Assembly (NCBI RefSeq): GCF_009914755.1
Contig: NC_060928.1
Strand: one strand, 5' to 3'
DNA: 64,000 nucleotides
Source of the DNA: the human T2T-CHM13v2.0 reference genome, Homo sapiens
The notes under the pieces were generated by a model that saw nothing but the letters and a program-made list of their open reading frames with translations, was not told the DNA's origin and made no database searches. Of this stretch, positions 13,361 to 27,460 are shown piece by piece. The translations under genes were made by a program, and so were the position numbers. Each line of letters starts with the position of its first letter. The first letter of the stretch is position 1.

Positions 13361-15318
13361 CTAGAAAGAATAGTCCTCCTGTGATTGTGTAGTATTTCTT
13401 AAATCTCAATTTGGTCAAAGTATTTGGTAATGTTGGTCCATATATATTTTTATTTGTTTTTCCAGTTCCATTTATTGCCCAGAAAAGGTATATGTAAAAT
13501 GACTAAACATATTTATGGACATATCTCCTCCTTCCTTTGATTCTGTCCATTTTATATTTTTTCTTGTAGTTTCAAGCTCTGTTATTAGGCACATGTACAA
13601 TCATGTTTGTTAAGTCTTCATGATGAACTGAACTTTAATTTTTATGAGGTGCTCCTCTTATCTCAGGTAGTATTTTAACATAATTTTTCTGTGATTAATG
13701 TGGTCACTGCAGCTATCATGTGTCTACTATTTTCATGGTATAACAACTCGGAATGTGTACTTTTGTCCTATGTGTATTTTTATTATTATAATGCATTTTT
13801 AGGTGACCATTACTTGGGTCTCACTTTTTTATTTATTGTGACAACATTTGCATTTTAGTTGGTATACTCTGTTAAATAATATTTAATGTAATTTTCGAAC
13901 TGTTGGATTGAAGTCTCCAAGTTTTCTATGCATTTTTCTGTTAGCCTTTTCTGGTTTCAGTTCCATTGTTCTCCCCTTCTGTCTTAAGTTAGGTTATTTT
14001 AAATATTGCTTTTAATTTATCTGTTGGATATTTAGATATACTTTTTTACCATGTAATTAAAAAATATTTGTTCTAGTGATTTCCGTATACATGCTTACTT
14101 TTCACAGTCTAACTAGAGTTGGCTTTATACTACATCATGCAAAAATAATAAATGTTGAACAACAGAGGTAAGTCTATACTCATCCTTTATGAAATGGTGC
14201 ATTTACTATATTTATATTCTTAGAGTACAAATCTGCTGAAAATTAATTATTTCAATTTTACTGTATCAGTAAATCTCTTTAATTTCCTTCTATTCTGGAA
14301 GGATATTTCAATGGATGTAGAATATTGGGTTAACAGAGTTTTCTTCTTGCTGTTTTCACTCAGCACTTTAAAGTAATTGTAGCAAGTCTCTGTCCTCTAT
14401 TATTTGTGATGAGAAGTCAGTTGTTATTGAAATTTATCTATTGAATATTTGACACCCTTATAAAAATTGTCTGAATTGCTCTGTCTCCAACATTCTTAGA
14501 TAGATTGCATATATATTTTGTTATTGTTATAGTTGTTATATCAGGCTTCTGTCAGAGAGGCAAAGTCAGTAGGAGCTATTCAGAGATTTGGTACAATATT
14601 GTAGGTATGATATCTTTATGTTCTGGCTGCTTTCACAGTTTTCTCATCATCTTTGGTTTGTGGCAGTCTGATTATTGTGTGCTTAACTGAGTTTTGCGGA
14701 TTTTTTTCTTGTTTTGCTTGTGTGTTTTTTTTCATATTTTCTGTATAATGATAGCGTCATTTCTTGGATTTTTGAATTTATACCTTTCACTAAATTTCAG
14801 AAATTTTTTATTGCTTTCTCAAATAGTGCCCTTTAATATCTCTCTTCTGTTCTGAGAACTCAACTACCCATAAGTAAAACATTCTGATGTTGTTCTAGAT
14901 GCTTTGAGAATTTTTTCATTTATTTTTGTTTTGTTTTTATTTCTGCACATTAGTTTGAATAACCTCTCTAAGCCTATCTTCAAGCTCACTAAATTATTCT
15001 TTCTCCAATTGGCTATAAAGCCTGTAATCTGTGGTTTTTAAATTGTAAATATTACACTTTTAACTCAATGTTCAACTGTAATTTCCATTTCATTCTAGGG
15101 GTTTTGTCTTTTCATTTCTTATCATAGTTTCCTCAGTGAGTTTCAGCATAATTTTAATAGCTGACTTAAAGTTATTATTTGCTAATTCCAAAATCTGGGT
15201 CATCATGAGGTTGTTTATCATATTTTGGTTCAAGTTTTGAGACCCTTTCAACAGTCGTCTGCATTGTTCAGTCTGCAGTATTTTTAGATATATTGTATAT
15301 AATTTGTTATCATTGTGG

Positions 15319-15709
15319 TGATATCAGGCTTCTATTAGAGAGCAGAGTTGTAGCAGATATTCTGAGATTTAGTACAAGAAATTGGTTTATGTGATTGTGG
15401 GAACTGACTAAGCAAGTCGGATAGTCTGAGAGTGTGAGCAAGATGAAAGTCTAGGGGAATAGGACAAAGCTGCTGTTCACAGGCATAATTTCTCTTCTTT
15501 TTTGAGGAAGCCTCATCCGGCTTTAAATCCTTTTAACTGATTGAATCAGGCCCACCTAGATTACATAGTGTAATCCTCCTTAAAATTGCCTAATTTGAGG
15601 CTTGAATTACATCTGTAGAATACATTCAATCAACACCTCGATTAGAGTTTTGATTGAATATCTAGGGACTGTAGAGTAACCAAGTAGACATATCAAAAAA
15701 ACCATCACA
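15319..15709 (-). mobile_element. MLT2 (ERVL) solo LTR
   Basis: Ends ccaagtagacatatcaaaaaaaccatcaca (reverse of MLT2 5' tgtgatggtt...); gattgaatcaggcccacctagatt; aagaaattggtttatgtgattgtgg. Confidence 0.8.
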
Positions 15710-16434
15710 ATTTTTTTGTTCTTTTTTCAGGATTTTAGTTATTATTTTTGGAAGGGTATGTCTGATAGGAGAAACTTAATTATCACTGAAGAGCAAACTC
15801 TTTAATTACTTTTTAATTTCACTTTTCTTTCTGATGTTTTAGCTTTCTTGGCTTTACTTAGTTTTCCGTAGAATCTTATCCTGTCTGTGCTCTTTCCAAA
15901 TTCATCTACATTTTGTGATTATTTTATTTTTTGTGTCTTATTTGTACTAAGCTCTTTTAGCTTTGTTTTTATCTCACTCTCTTTTTTAAAATTTCCCTAT
16001 TTTCTCTCTTTGTTTTATGCCTCTGAATTTTTATTTCTGTTTTGTGTTGTTGATTCATAAGTCAATTTAATTCTTTTAGTTCTTTTAATTTATTAGAAAA
16101 TAGCTACACAAAATATATCTACCACATTTGGTAGCATTTTCATTTGAGGTAGCTTGTCTGCTTTTTGCTTCTTTTCATATTTTCCTTTTTTACGTGATGG
16201 CTTTTAAAAAATGGAACCTCAAATGCACAAAATTGGATTATTTATAATACTGTGTTCATAACCCATTTTTAAAATTAGTTTTTGCATGGGTCATTTTTGT
16301 CTAGTTAAGAATTTAAGTTTAATAATATAAAATAGGCACCCAAAAGACCATATCCGAAATGTGAGATAGGATATTGAAAGTAAGACATATCTTACTACTG
16401 CCAACCCATCTCCTGCTTCCTCTCAGCTTTAGAC

Positions 16435-16603
16435 CAGGAGTTAACAAACCACAACCTATAGGGTGGACATCTGCTTTACAAATGAAGTTTATGTATGTAT
16501 TGTCCGTGCTTGCATTCCGAGTTGCATAATTGCAATGGAGACCATTTAGTCCACAAGCTAAATTAGTTACAATCAAACTCTTTAAGGAAGTTGGGGGACC
16601 ATG
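16435..16603. mobile_element. MER58A hAT-Charlie MITE
   Basis: caggagttaacaaacc...aaatgaagttt...gtattgtccgtgc...gagaccatttagtccacaagcta. Confidence 0.65.
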
Positions 16604-16659
16604 CATTAAAAAGCTTTATAGTTTATTTGGTTTTAATGAATTTTTAACTCATTCCTAAG

Positions 16660-16905
16660 TTGCACATGCATACTTTGGTTGTTTTTAACTTTATAAAATG
16701 AATAGCATTATATAAGTATTCTTTTGTGTAGTATTTTCCCCTATAACTATATTATAAAAATCCATCTATATTAATGTGAATTATTTAAATTCACTCATTA
16801 TTATTGGTGTATATTCTGTTGTGTAAATATTTCACAATTTATTAATTTACTCTCCTTTTGAAGGAGACATTTTCTGGATTTTGGTGTTATGAAAATTTCT
16901 GCACT
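16660..16905 (-). mobile_element. L1ME 3' fragment
   Basis: Antisense L1ME 3' motifs (aactttataaaatg, tattctgttgtgtaaatatttcacaatttatt). Confidence 0.55.
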
Positions 16906-18359
16906 TTCAGCTGTGACATGACTGTTAACTAATTCAACTGAAACTAGAATATATATTGAGATTTTTTTCTCCTTATCTTTTAGTAAATATATTATTTTCA
17001 GTATTACAAAGAAATGTAACAACTTCAGAGAAATGTTTACGTTTAATATTCAAGTGACTACAGTTTTAATGTTAATGTATAATGATCTGTACACATGAAA
17101 ATATTTAAACAGTTGATTTCTATTAAGGCCTTTATAAACATATTCATTTTTTGAAAAAAATTTATAAAAATTTATCTTTATTTTCTAAACTGGATCATAT
17201 TAATTTAAATTGTTTATATATTTCCCCCCAAAAAACTCCAGCTTGTGATTACAACTCTAAACAAATCCTGAAGTTCTTATGAAGAATTTCCATCTCAATA
17301 GTTGGATTCACTATAGTCACATCTTCGTTTGTATTTACTTTGTAAAATGTAGAAAACTTTCATTTAGATTTAAATATTTATTGGAAAAGTTAATGGTTCA
17401 TGATTGTTATGAGCACTGTAGAAATCAAAATATGGCAACTATTTGAGAAATAAAATACACATTTTTAGAACTCAAGTGAAGTTGATATCAAATATAGATT
17501 TAGAAGTTTCTCTTATTCAGTAGAAAACACTTCATTATTTGGAGTGGTAAAACACAATTTTGAAATCTGTTTTGCACTGTACACAAGCAATTTCTCCTGA
17601 TTAGTAATTTACACAAAGTACTATAAAACACAAGTTTTGTTGCTGTGCAAACAGGGTATCTTTTTATAATATATTTGAACAAATTATATCCATATGCAAT
17701 TTCCATTGTATATTTTATATTTAAATAAAAACTAATTAGTCATAAAATGTAATAAGACATCATATTTTATTACTGAACTTTAATTATTATGATTTTTGTG
17801 TGTTAACTTAATGACCAGAAATAATTAAGTAAAGCTAATTAAGTCCTACACATGTTATGGATTATGCTATTTGGTTGGATATCCAAGATAAAAATCACAA
17901 CATTCGTAAGAGCTATTTTCAGTTTTGTAAAACAACTAATATTTTGAAGCAATAGATACGCCTTTCTTTTTCATATATGATGAAACTTCTAAAGAATTAA
18001 CTCTCACATTTTAATAGCTGTGCTTTGATATGCATCTGCTCATGAATGGCTGTAACAAATTATTTCTTATTATGATTTGAATATATGCTTGAATCCGCTG
18101 AACTAGACAATTCAGATCTTAAGTTCATTCATTGCATGGGCATGTGCTCAGGGAGGATACAAGTTATCTATATTATACCTACAGCATTGTGCATTATACT
18201 TAAAATAATGGAAGTATAATTTAACCAATAGTGGTCAAGTATTTTTTGCTGATGGATCTCTTTTTCTCAAGCATATCTAAATTTTTGAAACTTTAAATGA
18301 TTATTTTCTATTAGCTCTTATTATGAAATCTTCATCTGTTGCTTTAAGAGATTATCTAC

Positions 18360-18480
18360 CACTGGGTATGGTCACAGCATGCCTGTAACCCCAGATACTC
18401 AGGAGGCCGAGCAGGAGAATGGCTTGAGCCCAGGAGTTGGAAACCAGCCTGGACAATATAGCAAGACCCCATATGAAAAA
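18360..18480 (+). mobile_element. FLAM-A-like Alu monomer
   Basis: gcctgtaacccca..tactcaggaggccgag...gcttgagcccaggagtt..aaccagcctggacaatatagcaagacccc. Confidence 0.85.
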
Positions 18481-19029
18481 GATATTTTTTAAAAAAGATG
18501 CTCTCAATAAAATTTGGAATCTTTCTGGAAATTACTCTATGGCACTTTCAGGTATTTTTCATTCTCTGTGTTAGATATTTTTGAATCACAGTCATTTTCT
18601 CTGTTCTATTTACTCTGAAACATTTTTCACACTTAACACTTGTATCTTTCATTTAGGTCCTTAGAATGACTGTCAATACCTAGATTTATGTTTTATAATT
18701 ATCCAGAACTTCACCAAAGATTGCTATGTCTCTTTCAGCAGCCTAACCAGAATATGTAATACTAATTATTACATATAATAATCACATATAATTAAATACA
18801 TAATTGTAGTTTTCTTTTGCTTTAGTTTACTTTTCTACCAATCCAGTTTGAGTCTGGTCTTTTTCCTGATTTTCTAAACAAACCTCATTTTTAGATAAAT
18901 ATTATTTTGGGAAGAAGTCCTTTGAATATATTTCTTAGACTGAATTCAAAATACTTTACTGATTTTTTAATTTGAACCTCCAAAATGGAATAGTACCTAT
19001 TTAATAAAAAAGAAACATTAATACCTACA

Positions 19030-22000
19030 TCCAGTGCTTTAAATTATCTCCTGAACACTGCTTTCAATGTATCCCACAACATTTGATAAGTTGTATTTTT
19101 ATTTTCATTTAGTTTTGAGTATTTTAAAAATTTCTTTAGAGACTTCTTATAATCTGTGTTTTTTTTTTTTTAGTAGTATGTGGTTTAATCTCCAAATATT
19201 TGGGGATTTTCTAGCTATTATTTTGTTATTGATTTCTAATTTAATTCCATTGTGGTCGGAGGACATAGTTTGTATGATTTCTATTCTTTCACTTCTTTTA
19301 AGTATGTTTTATGGCCCAGAATGTGGTCTTTCTTGGTAAATGTTACATATAATCATTAGAAACATGTGCATTCTACTGCTGTTATTTGTGAAGTTGTTTA
19401 TAAATACCAAGTAAATCAAGTTGATTAAAGGGGCAACTCAGGTCAACTATATTTTACTGACTTTCTGCCTGCTTGATGTATCAATTTCTGAAACGGGGTT
19501 ATTTCATCCTCAAGCATAATCATGGATTTGTCTATTTCTCCTTGCTGTTTCATCAGTTTTTGCCTCAGATATTTTCACCTCTGTTGGTAGGTGCATACAT
19601 GTTAAGAACGATGATGTCTCTTTGAAGAACTAACCCTGTTTTGATTATGAAACATCCTTGCTGATAATTTTCTGTTTTCTAAAATCTGCTCTGCTTTGTC
19701 TAATATTAATAGTTTGTCTAGCTTTTTGTTTTATTAATATTAGCATGGAATATCTTCTTTTATTCCTTTACTTTTAACCTATTTATAATTTGTCTATTTA
19801 AGGGGTTCTTTTAGACAACATAGAGTTGGATAATTTTTTTAAATCTAGTCTTCTAGTCTCTATTTTTAAATTAATACAGTTAGGCCATTGATATTTAAAT
19901 TGATTATTGCTATTATTACTTTAATATTTACCATCTTTGAAATTTTTCTAATTCATTACACTTGCTCTTTTCTTCTTCTCTCTCTTTGTGGTTTGAGTTG
20001 TGCATTATTATGTGATTGCATTTTATCTTCTTTTTTAATATGTCAACTTTACTTCTATTATAACATTTTTTAGTGCTTACCCTAGAATTAGCAGTATACG
20101 TGTCCAATCAAAGCCCACTCACAAATAATATATTAAGCTTCATGTGTAATTAAGGTATATTATCAGGGAGTAATCCCAATTCCTCTCTCCCATTCCTTGT
20201 AACATTGTTGTCATTCACTTTATTTATTTATCATTTATTTATATGACATAATCATGTAGTATATTACTGATATTAATATTTCAACAGTCATTTAGATCAA
20301 CAAAATATTAGAAAAATAAAATATTCTGTTTTATCTTTCTTTATTCCTTCTCTGATTCTCTTTCTTTAATCAATCTGAGTTTATGATCTATATTGTTTTC
20401 TTTCCTCTGAAGATTTTCCAACCATTTTTTGCACAGCAAGAAATTTGAGAAGTTAAATTGGCAGTTAATTATCTGTTTTTTAAAGTTTGTGTGACAAGGT
20501 CTATTTCTTGTTCACATTGAAAAATAATGTTGCTGTATGTAGAATTCTAAGTTGGTAGAGTTGTGCTCAATTCTCTTATTTGCAATGCTTGTAAAGAAAA
20601 GTGTAATATAATTCTTTCCCTTGTTCTTCTATATCTAAGTTTTTTTTCCTCTATTTGATTTAACATTTTTTATTTTCTCTATTATTATTTATTTATTTAT
20701 TTATTTTGTAATTTAAGCCTGCTGTACTATACACAGGTGAAGATTTTTTAGTAATTGCCCTGTTTGGTTGTGCTCTGAGTTCCAGCCATGGTTTGGTTTG
20801 GCATTAATTTTGCAAAAATCTCACCCATTATTACTTAAAATATTTCCTCTGCTTATTTCTCTTTTCCTTTCTTTTTTTTTAGCTTTTATTTTTGGTATTT
20901 CCATTATGAAGATGATACCTTTTGCAATTGTTTTACTGTCTTTGAATATTCTGTTCTATATTTTAAAATTTGTTTTTATTTTTGTGTTTCAACTTTAGTC
21001 AGGTCTACTAATATTTCAAGGACACCAATTCAGTGGTGGTCAGTCTACTGATGAGTATATCAAACACATTCTTCATCTCTGTTACAGGTTATTTTTGTTT
21101 GTTTTTGTAGCATCTCCTTGTGACTCTTTTGTGGAACTCCTACCTCTCTTGTTCTTGCAGGCTGTCTACATTTTCCATAGAGCATTAAATATTAAAATTA
21201 GTCCATTTATATCCCCAATCTGATGACTTCAAAATCCCTGTTGTACCTGAGTCTGGTTCTAGTGCTTTATTTTTCTCTTCAAGCTATGAATTTTCTTGTG
21301 TTTTAGCATGTTTTATAACTTTTTGTTGAAAGCTGAGCATGATGTATCTGGTAATGAGAACTAAGTTAAATAGCCCTCTGGTGTGGGTTTTGTGTTACTC
21401 TGGCTAGGACTTAGGCTGTGTTTTATTTCTGCTGTAGCAGTAGGTGTCAGAGGCCTTAATTTCTTCTTACATACTTTTTTTCTTCTTTATTGTCATTAGG
21501 TTTCCCTAAAAACTTATTTTTATAAATAAATTTTGCTTTTTGCAGCTCTTTCAGCTGTATCAGCAACTGAAATGCTGCTATGATACTGGAGTTATGTTCA
21601 TGTGGTGATATGGTGGTATGGGAGAGAAGCATTCTGTAATACTATGATAAATCTTAGTCTTTAGTAGCCCTGTATTACTGGTCCTAATCTTCACAAATAT
21701 TTTTCAGTTATTTTTCCCCACCTTAGTTGAGAAAGTAAGGCTAGAGGGGTTGGAATTGGGTAAGGCTTCTCCAATGTCTTTGACCTTGTTCAGTGGGCCT
21801 TTGCCACAAAGAGTGCTGAGGGTTTATTCAAAAATGACTACTTTTCCCAAGAGTATTCTTGGCCCTTTTCATGGTGAAAACAGGTGGGGTTACTGGAGGA
21901 AAAGCCCATGAAAGATTGGAGGAAAAAACCTAAGACAGAGTTCCAGAAAATTCTCACTTTCACACTAGTCCATACTCTGCCTCCAGCACTGAGTCTCAGT

Positions 22001-22245
22001 TACCATTTAAGTGTTCCTACCAGTTTATAGCTCTAAAGGATTTTAATCCAGATAAGCTGATCTCAGAGGTGGGTCTCTGTATTCTCTGGGATCTCCATCT
22101 TAGTGGTGTTAGTTTGCCCTATGACCTAAATATTCTGATAGCTCTCAGAAGAGTTACTGAGTTTCAGTTTGTTCAGTTTTTTCTTGGTTTAAGGACAAAT
22201 GTGACAACTTCAAAGTTCCTTAGATGTCGACTAAAATTGGAAGTC
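19030..22245 (-). mobile_element. Old L1M (L1MD/L1M4-like) 5' portion: ORF2 start, ORF1 and 5'UTR
   Basis: Antisense ORF2 motifs (atttctaatttaattccattgtggtc, ttatggcccagaatgtggtc) running into ORF1/5'UTR-like sequence ending ...ggaagtc. Confidence 0.75.
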
Positions 22246-23609
22246 ATAACATCCATTATTTTTTTCTCCCCCTCTGTTTGATTAATTCATGACTCAGCTG
22301 TGGTTGAAATTCTACTCTTGGTCTTTGAATTTCAAAATTACAGTCAAACATAGTATCATTAAAATAACAGGTACAATTTGAGAGATTATGCCTATGACTG
22401 ACTAAATACTCATACGCAGTCACAGGAATGCACGTACTGCTAATCCGAACTCTTTCTTACCAAAAAATCAGCAGCTCAAAACGAGAAGAAAAAAAATGAA
22501 TTTTGAAATTGCTAGACAGCTAACCTAAAGCCTAGACCTCTGTTTATCAATGTATACTCTTGTAAGCCATTCAGGGCTTATAATGAAAACAATCTTGAGA
22601 AATTTTAATGTGAATCCCTCTGACTTTTCTACCTTGACCAAGGATAAATGTCCATAATTATCTCTTGGATCCTAAGGCTTTTCATTTACTCTTTGTTGAC
22701 ATCACCATCTTCTGTAACTGCATTTTGATTTGCATTTATTTGCAATGTTTGTGCTATCTATGGACCATTTATGAGCAGAAGCTGAATAATTTTTTATTGT
22801 TCTTATTCTAATGCATCTCATATATCAGAAAAATAAGTATGCCTTATTAATGTCTGTAAACGTAATGCATTTCTAGAGAGCACTGCTTTTATGGCTTTGA
22901 GTTACTTTGATTTAGAGGGTTTAAAAGGAATTGCATATGATGTAACATATTTGAAAGTGTCTATGTAGGTAGAAAAGTTTCTGAATTAATTCACCTTAAA
23001 TGTTAAAAATATTCTAGCTAAAGAGAATGAACTTTTTCCCAAATAAACAGAAAAAAATATGGATATATCTTTTGCCAAAGGGTTAGAAAAATTAGAATCA
23101 TTTAATTACAAGTCCATGCATGTATAGCACATGATATATAATTTCTTAAGTATAGATTAATGCTGTAAATAAACTTCCATTATATAAATGAATAAATTTC
23201 CTTAACACCCCGTTATTGTACAGTTCATTTTGGCATAAGATGATACTAGAGAGTATTTTCAAATGAAGCTCCATATTTCTAAAATATTAATAAAAATAAA
23301 ATCTCAAAATGTTGCTTGTTGATGAAATTTCAAATATTTGGAAAGTTTGTTAAGTTACCTTGTTAAGTTACCTTGTTCTACCTAGTTGTTAAGCTAACTA
23401 TGTTCTTTGATTATGGATGTATAAAATTCTTTAACATGATTTTTAAAAATTCATTTCCATTTATATTGAAAAATATAGTAAATTCGTATGTAGAAGAAAT
23501 ACATCAAACAATTTTCCCATTAATTTTATCTTATTCAGGTTGAACCCATGGTATTTTTGCATATTAATTGACTGAATATATTTGTAACTTACAGCTTTTA
23601 TTTTTACTG

Positions 23610-23833
23610 CTAATAATAAAAATAATATGTTAGAGGCTTTGTATGTATTAAATCACTGAAACTCTCTGCAACTTTAGGAAATAGTTTATATTAAACCCAT
23701 TTTATAGATGACAAAATTGAGTTAGACAAGTTAAGTAACTGCTCAGAGCTTTATATACACTAAATATCAGAATTAGGCTTTATCTCAGAACTCTTTGACT
23801 CCAAGATACAGGAAATTAAGAACTATTATACTT
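23610..23833 (-). mobile_element. MIR
   Basis: cccattttatagatgacaaaattgag...gttaagtaact...tgactccaag. Confidence 0.7.
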
Positions 23834-24035
23834 TCTCTATTTCTAAATGTAATACAATTCACACATTTTAAATATCTTAAGTGTCAATATCTGCCGTACA
23901 TTAAAACAAGCTACATCAGAGAAAGTTTATTGTCTTTTTAAGTATTATTTGGAAAAAAATCTTAACTATGTACATATATATTTAAAACTACCTAGAATAT
24001 ATTTTCAACAATAGAAAATCAAATGAAGTAATAAA

Positions 24036-24377
24036 TGCTGTGGTCCGAATATCTGTGTCCTCTTCAGATTTTTATGTTGCAATCTTAACCTTAAGTTAAT
24101 GGCATTAAGAGGTAAGTCCTGTGGGAGGTGATACACTGATGGGGACATCCCATTAAGTAACCAGTGGGCTAAGGCAGCTCATTTGCCATTTCTACAGTGT
24201 GAGAATGCAGCAACAAGGTGCCAGCTATGAAGCAAAGAGCCCTTACCAGACAATGAATCTACTGACAACTTGATCTTGGACTCTTCAGCTTCCCAAACTG
24301 TGAGCGATAAATTTCTGTCATTTATAAATTACTCAGTCTATAGCATTTGTTATAGCAACACAAATGGACTTGAAATA
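24036..24377 (+). mobile_element. MLT1A0-like MaLR solo LTR
   Basis: tgctgtggtccgaat...gcccttaccagacaatgaatct...ttgatcttggac...taaatttctgtcatttataaattactcagtc. Confidence 0.8.
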
Positions 24378-25013
24378 TTAGATTACAACAATTCTCACAT
24401 TACCGTTGTTTTTCTTTTGTCTTTTTTTTTGAGGGTATACTCATAACAAAGTTTATATAGTGTAAACCAAAAATAAAATTCTAAGCCCCTCAACCAACTG
24501 ATGGACCCTCCTCTTGGCCAAGGGCATTCCAAAGTTAACCTGAAAAACTAGTTCAGATCATGATGGGTATACCCTAGTCCCTTTGGAATTCAGGTACAAA
24601 TGACCAGCATTAAGATCAAAACAGAGGCCTTAAGACTGATAGAATAGACTCTTTAAGTCTGATGGGGAAAATTTATAATCTATTCTCTCTGAAGCCTGAT
24701 ACATTGAGGCTTCATCTGCATTACAAGAACCTTGGTCTACATAACCCCTTATCTTAACCTGGACTCTCCCTTCTATTGATTCCAGATATTTAGATAAAAA
24801 CTCTTTCAACCAGTTGCCAATTAGAAAATATTTGTATCCACATATAGCCTGGAAGTCCCCACTTCTAGTTGTCCTGCCTTTCTGGACCAGACCGATGTAC
24901 TTAGTACATGTATTGATTGATGTCTTCTATCTCCCTAAAATGTGTAAAACCAAGCTGTAGCCTGACCATCTTAGGAACCTATTCTCAGGATCTCCTAGGG
25001 CTGTGTCATGGGC

Positions 25014-26203
25014 CAGCAGCTCCAAACCTTTTGGAACGAGGGACTGGTTTCATGGAAGACAATTTTTCCACAGACTGTGGGGGTGAGAATGGTTTGGGGA
25101 TGATTCAATCACACTACATTTATTGTATGCTTTATTTCTATTAGTACTACATTGTAAGATATAATGAAATAATTATGCAACTCACCATAATGTAAATTCA
25201 GAGGGAGTCTTGAACTTGTTTTCCTGCAACTAGATAGCCCTGTAACTGCCCACTGGGTTCACCTTGCCTGCTGCTTAGACAGAGTCAATTTCACAAGACA
25301 GAAGAATTGCAATGGGCAAAGAATAATTCACACAGAGCAGCTGTGTGGGAGACTGGAGTTTTATTATTACTCAAATTAGTCTATCCAAGCATTCGGGGAG
25401 CAGAGTTTTCAAGAACAACTTCATGGGCAGGGGAAGCCAATGAGGCAGGAGTGCTGATTGGTTAGGGATGAAATCCTAAGGAGTGGAAGCTGTCTCCTTG
25501 CGCTGACTCGTTCCTGGGTGGAGGCCTCAAGATCAGATGAGCCAGTTCATCAATCTGGGTGGTGCCAGCTGATCCATCAAATGCAGACTCTGCAAAATGT
25601 CTCAAGTACTGATCTTAGGAGCAGTTTAGGGAGGGTCAGAATCTTGTAGCCTCCAGCTGCATGACTGCAAAACCATAATTTCTAATCTTGTTGCTAATGT
25701 TAGTGCGGCAAAGACAATCTAGTCCCCAGGCAAGATTTGGGAAAGGGCTGTTATCTTCTTTGTTTTAAACTATAAACTAGGTTTCTCCCAAAGTTAGTTC
25801 AGCCTATGCCCAGGAATGAACAAGGACAGCTTAGAGGTTAGAAGCAAGATGCAGTCAATTAAGTTAGATTTCTTTCACTGTCTCAGTCATAATTTTGTAA
25901 AGGCCCTTTCAATCCCATCTGGGGGTGATGGAAGACAGTGACAGATCATCAGGCATTAGAGTCTCATAAGGAGCATGCAACATAGATCCTTTATGTGTGC
26001 AGTTCACGATGGGACTTGGGCTTCTGTGAGAATCTAATGCTGCCACTGATCTGACAGGAGGCAGCTCTCAGGCAGTAATGTGAGTGATGTGGAGATGATG
26101 AAGCTTCCTTCACTTGCATGCCCCTCACCTCCTGCTGTGTGGTTCAGTTCCTAATAGGCCATGGACTAATACTGGCTCATGGACCAAGGGTTGGGGATCC
26201 CTG
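25014..26203 (-). mobile_element. MER1A hAT-Charlie element (25014-25240 and 25912-26203), split by LTR8
   Basis: Terminal inverted repeats cagcagctccaaacc / ggttggggatccctg; internal gagaatctaatgctgccactgatctgacaggagg; 8-bp TSD tcatgggc / tcataggt. Confidence 0.9.
25241..25911 (-). mobile_element. LTR8 (ERV1) solo LTR
   Basis: tgtaactgcccactgggttcaccttgcc...ctgtctcagtcataattttgtaaagg..tttca, i.e. reverse complement of LTR8 termini. Confidence 0.88.
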
Positions 26204-27460
26204 TCATAGGTCATGGGTCACTCATATTTGACTCAGAATAAATATCTTCAAATATTTTACAGAGCTTGACTATTTTTGTCATCAATAGTAAAAAACATGG
26301 GAATTTTGAGTTAGGTAATATGCTAATTTTATATTCAATGTCTGTTAATCCATAGCTAGATAAGTTAGATGTGTTTCTTATTGCCTGTGTGGCCCCATGT
26401 TTTTAGTTTTTAAGGTGTTTTTAGATTTTATTTTTCATCTTTGTTCTAGGGTTACCAACTATATCACATAATGGTCCTAAGGATTAAATGAAAAAAAATG
26501 CAGTAAGGTAAGCATTCAGTGAATGCTTCTTTTCCTTTTTTTTTCATAAGGCAGGAAAATTCAAAGCACTGAGAGTGTGTATATATTTTTTTCTTCCTAC
26601 CTTTACTTCTGCTTTGGTGAAAATAATTATATTTGAGGCACAAAGTACAATGTATTTTATCGTGTCCTTGTTTTCTATTTGAAAGAAAAATTGTAGTACA
26701 ACTAGGTAACAAATTAATTTTACTAAAATAATTTAATAATATTTATTTTATATTATTATGTGAAAAAAGTTCTCATCATGGTTAGGTTTAATATGTTGTA
26801 TGATACATACAGTAAATAAGGTCATTCTACAAATATGGATAATATTTCAATTTGTTTTCATGTAAATAATACATGCATTCATACATATTTAGTGTTTGTG
26901 TGTGTGTAAACTTCACGTTTGAAGTGACATATTAATAACTGAAATTTTGAATCATCTTGTGGTGCTACATATGGAATAATAAGGTATATAAGGGCAATAA
27001 TGGTTCAAATAGCACAGCATAATTGCATATGATTGAGCTCCATAGACATGACCCAAGAGATAGGTACTCTTGTAACAACCATGCAATAGGCAAGTGACTT
27101 TGAGAACACACAAAAAGTGAAGTGACCATGAATTATATCGCCAGAAATGTTTCATTATCCTTATAATGAAAGAGAATGGAATATAATTTATAACGAATGC
27201 AAAAACGAAAGCTCTTCATGTTCTTCTTTGTCATTAATATGAATGAGACATAATGAACAGCAAATTTATCTTAGAAATACCGAGGTCACTAAAATAATTT
27301 CTGAAACATCATGCAGGTAGATGTTTGGTAGTTTCAACAAGTTGTGAAAGTTGCTAGTTATGAGCTGACTATTATGATTTATTTTCCACTGAAATTTTCT
27401 TAATGATTATTCAATATATCATATATCATTTTAGAAACCTGATTGAAAACTCCAACTACG

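Larger units (their letters stand above)
24461..26284 (+). mobile_element. MER4B/D-type ERV1 solo LTR (24461-25013 and 26204-26284), split by MER1A
   Basis: Starts tgtaaaccaaaaataaaattctaagcccc; ends tcagaataaatatcttcaaatattttacagag...tca; 4-bp TSD atag at 24457-24460 and 26285-26288. Confidence 0.88.

Noticed and set aside
23348-23377. 13-bp tandem duplication gttaagttacctt x2 (also an 11-bp one near 39095)
   Set aside because: Ordinary slippage micro-duplications.
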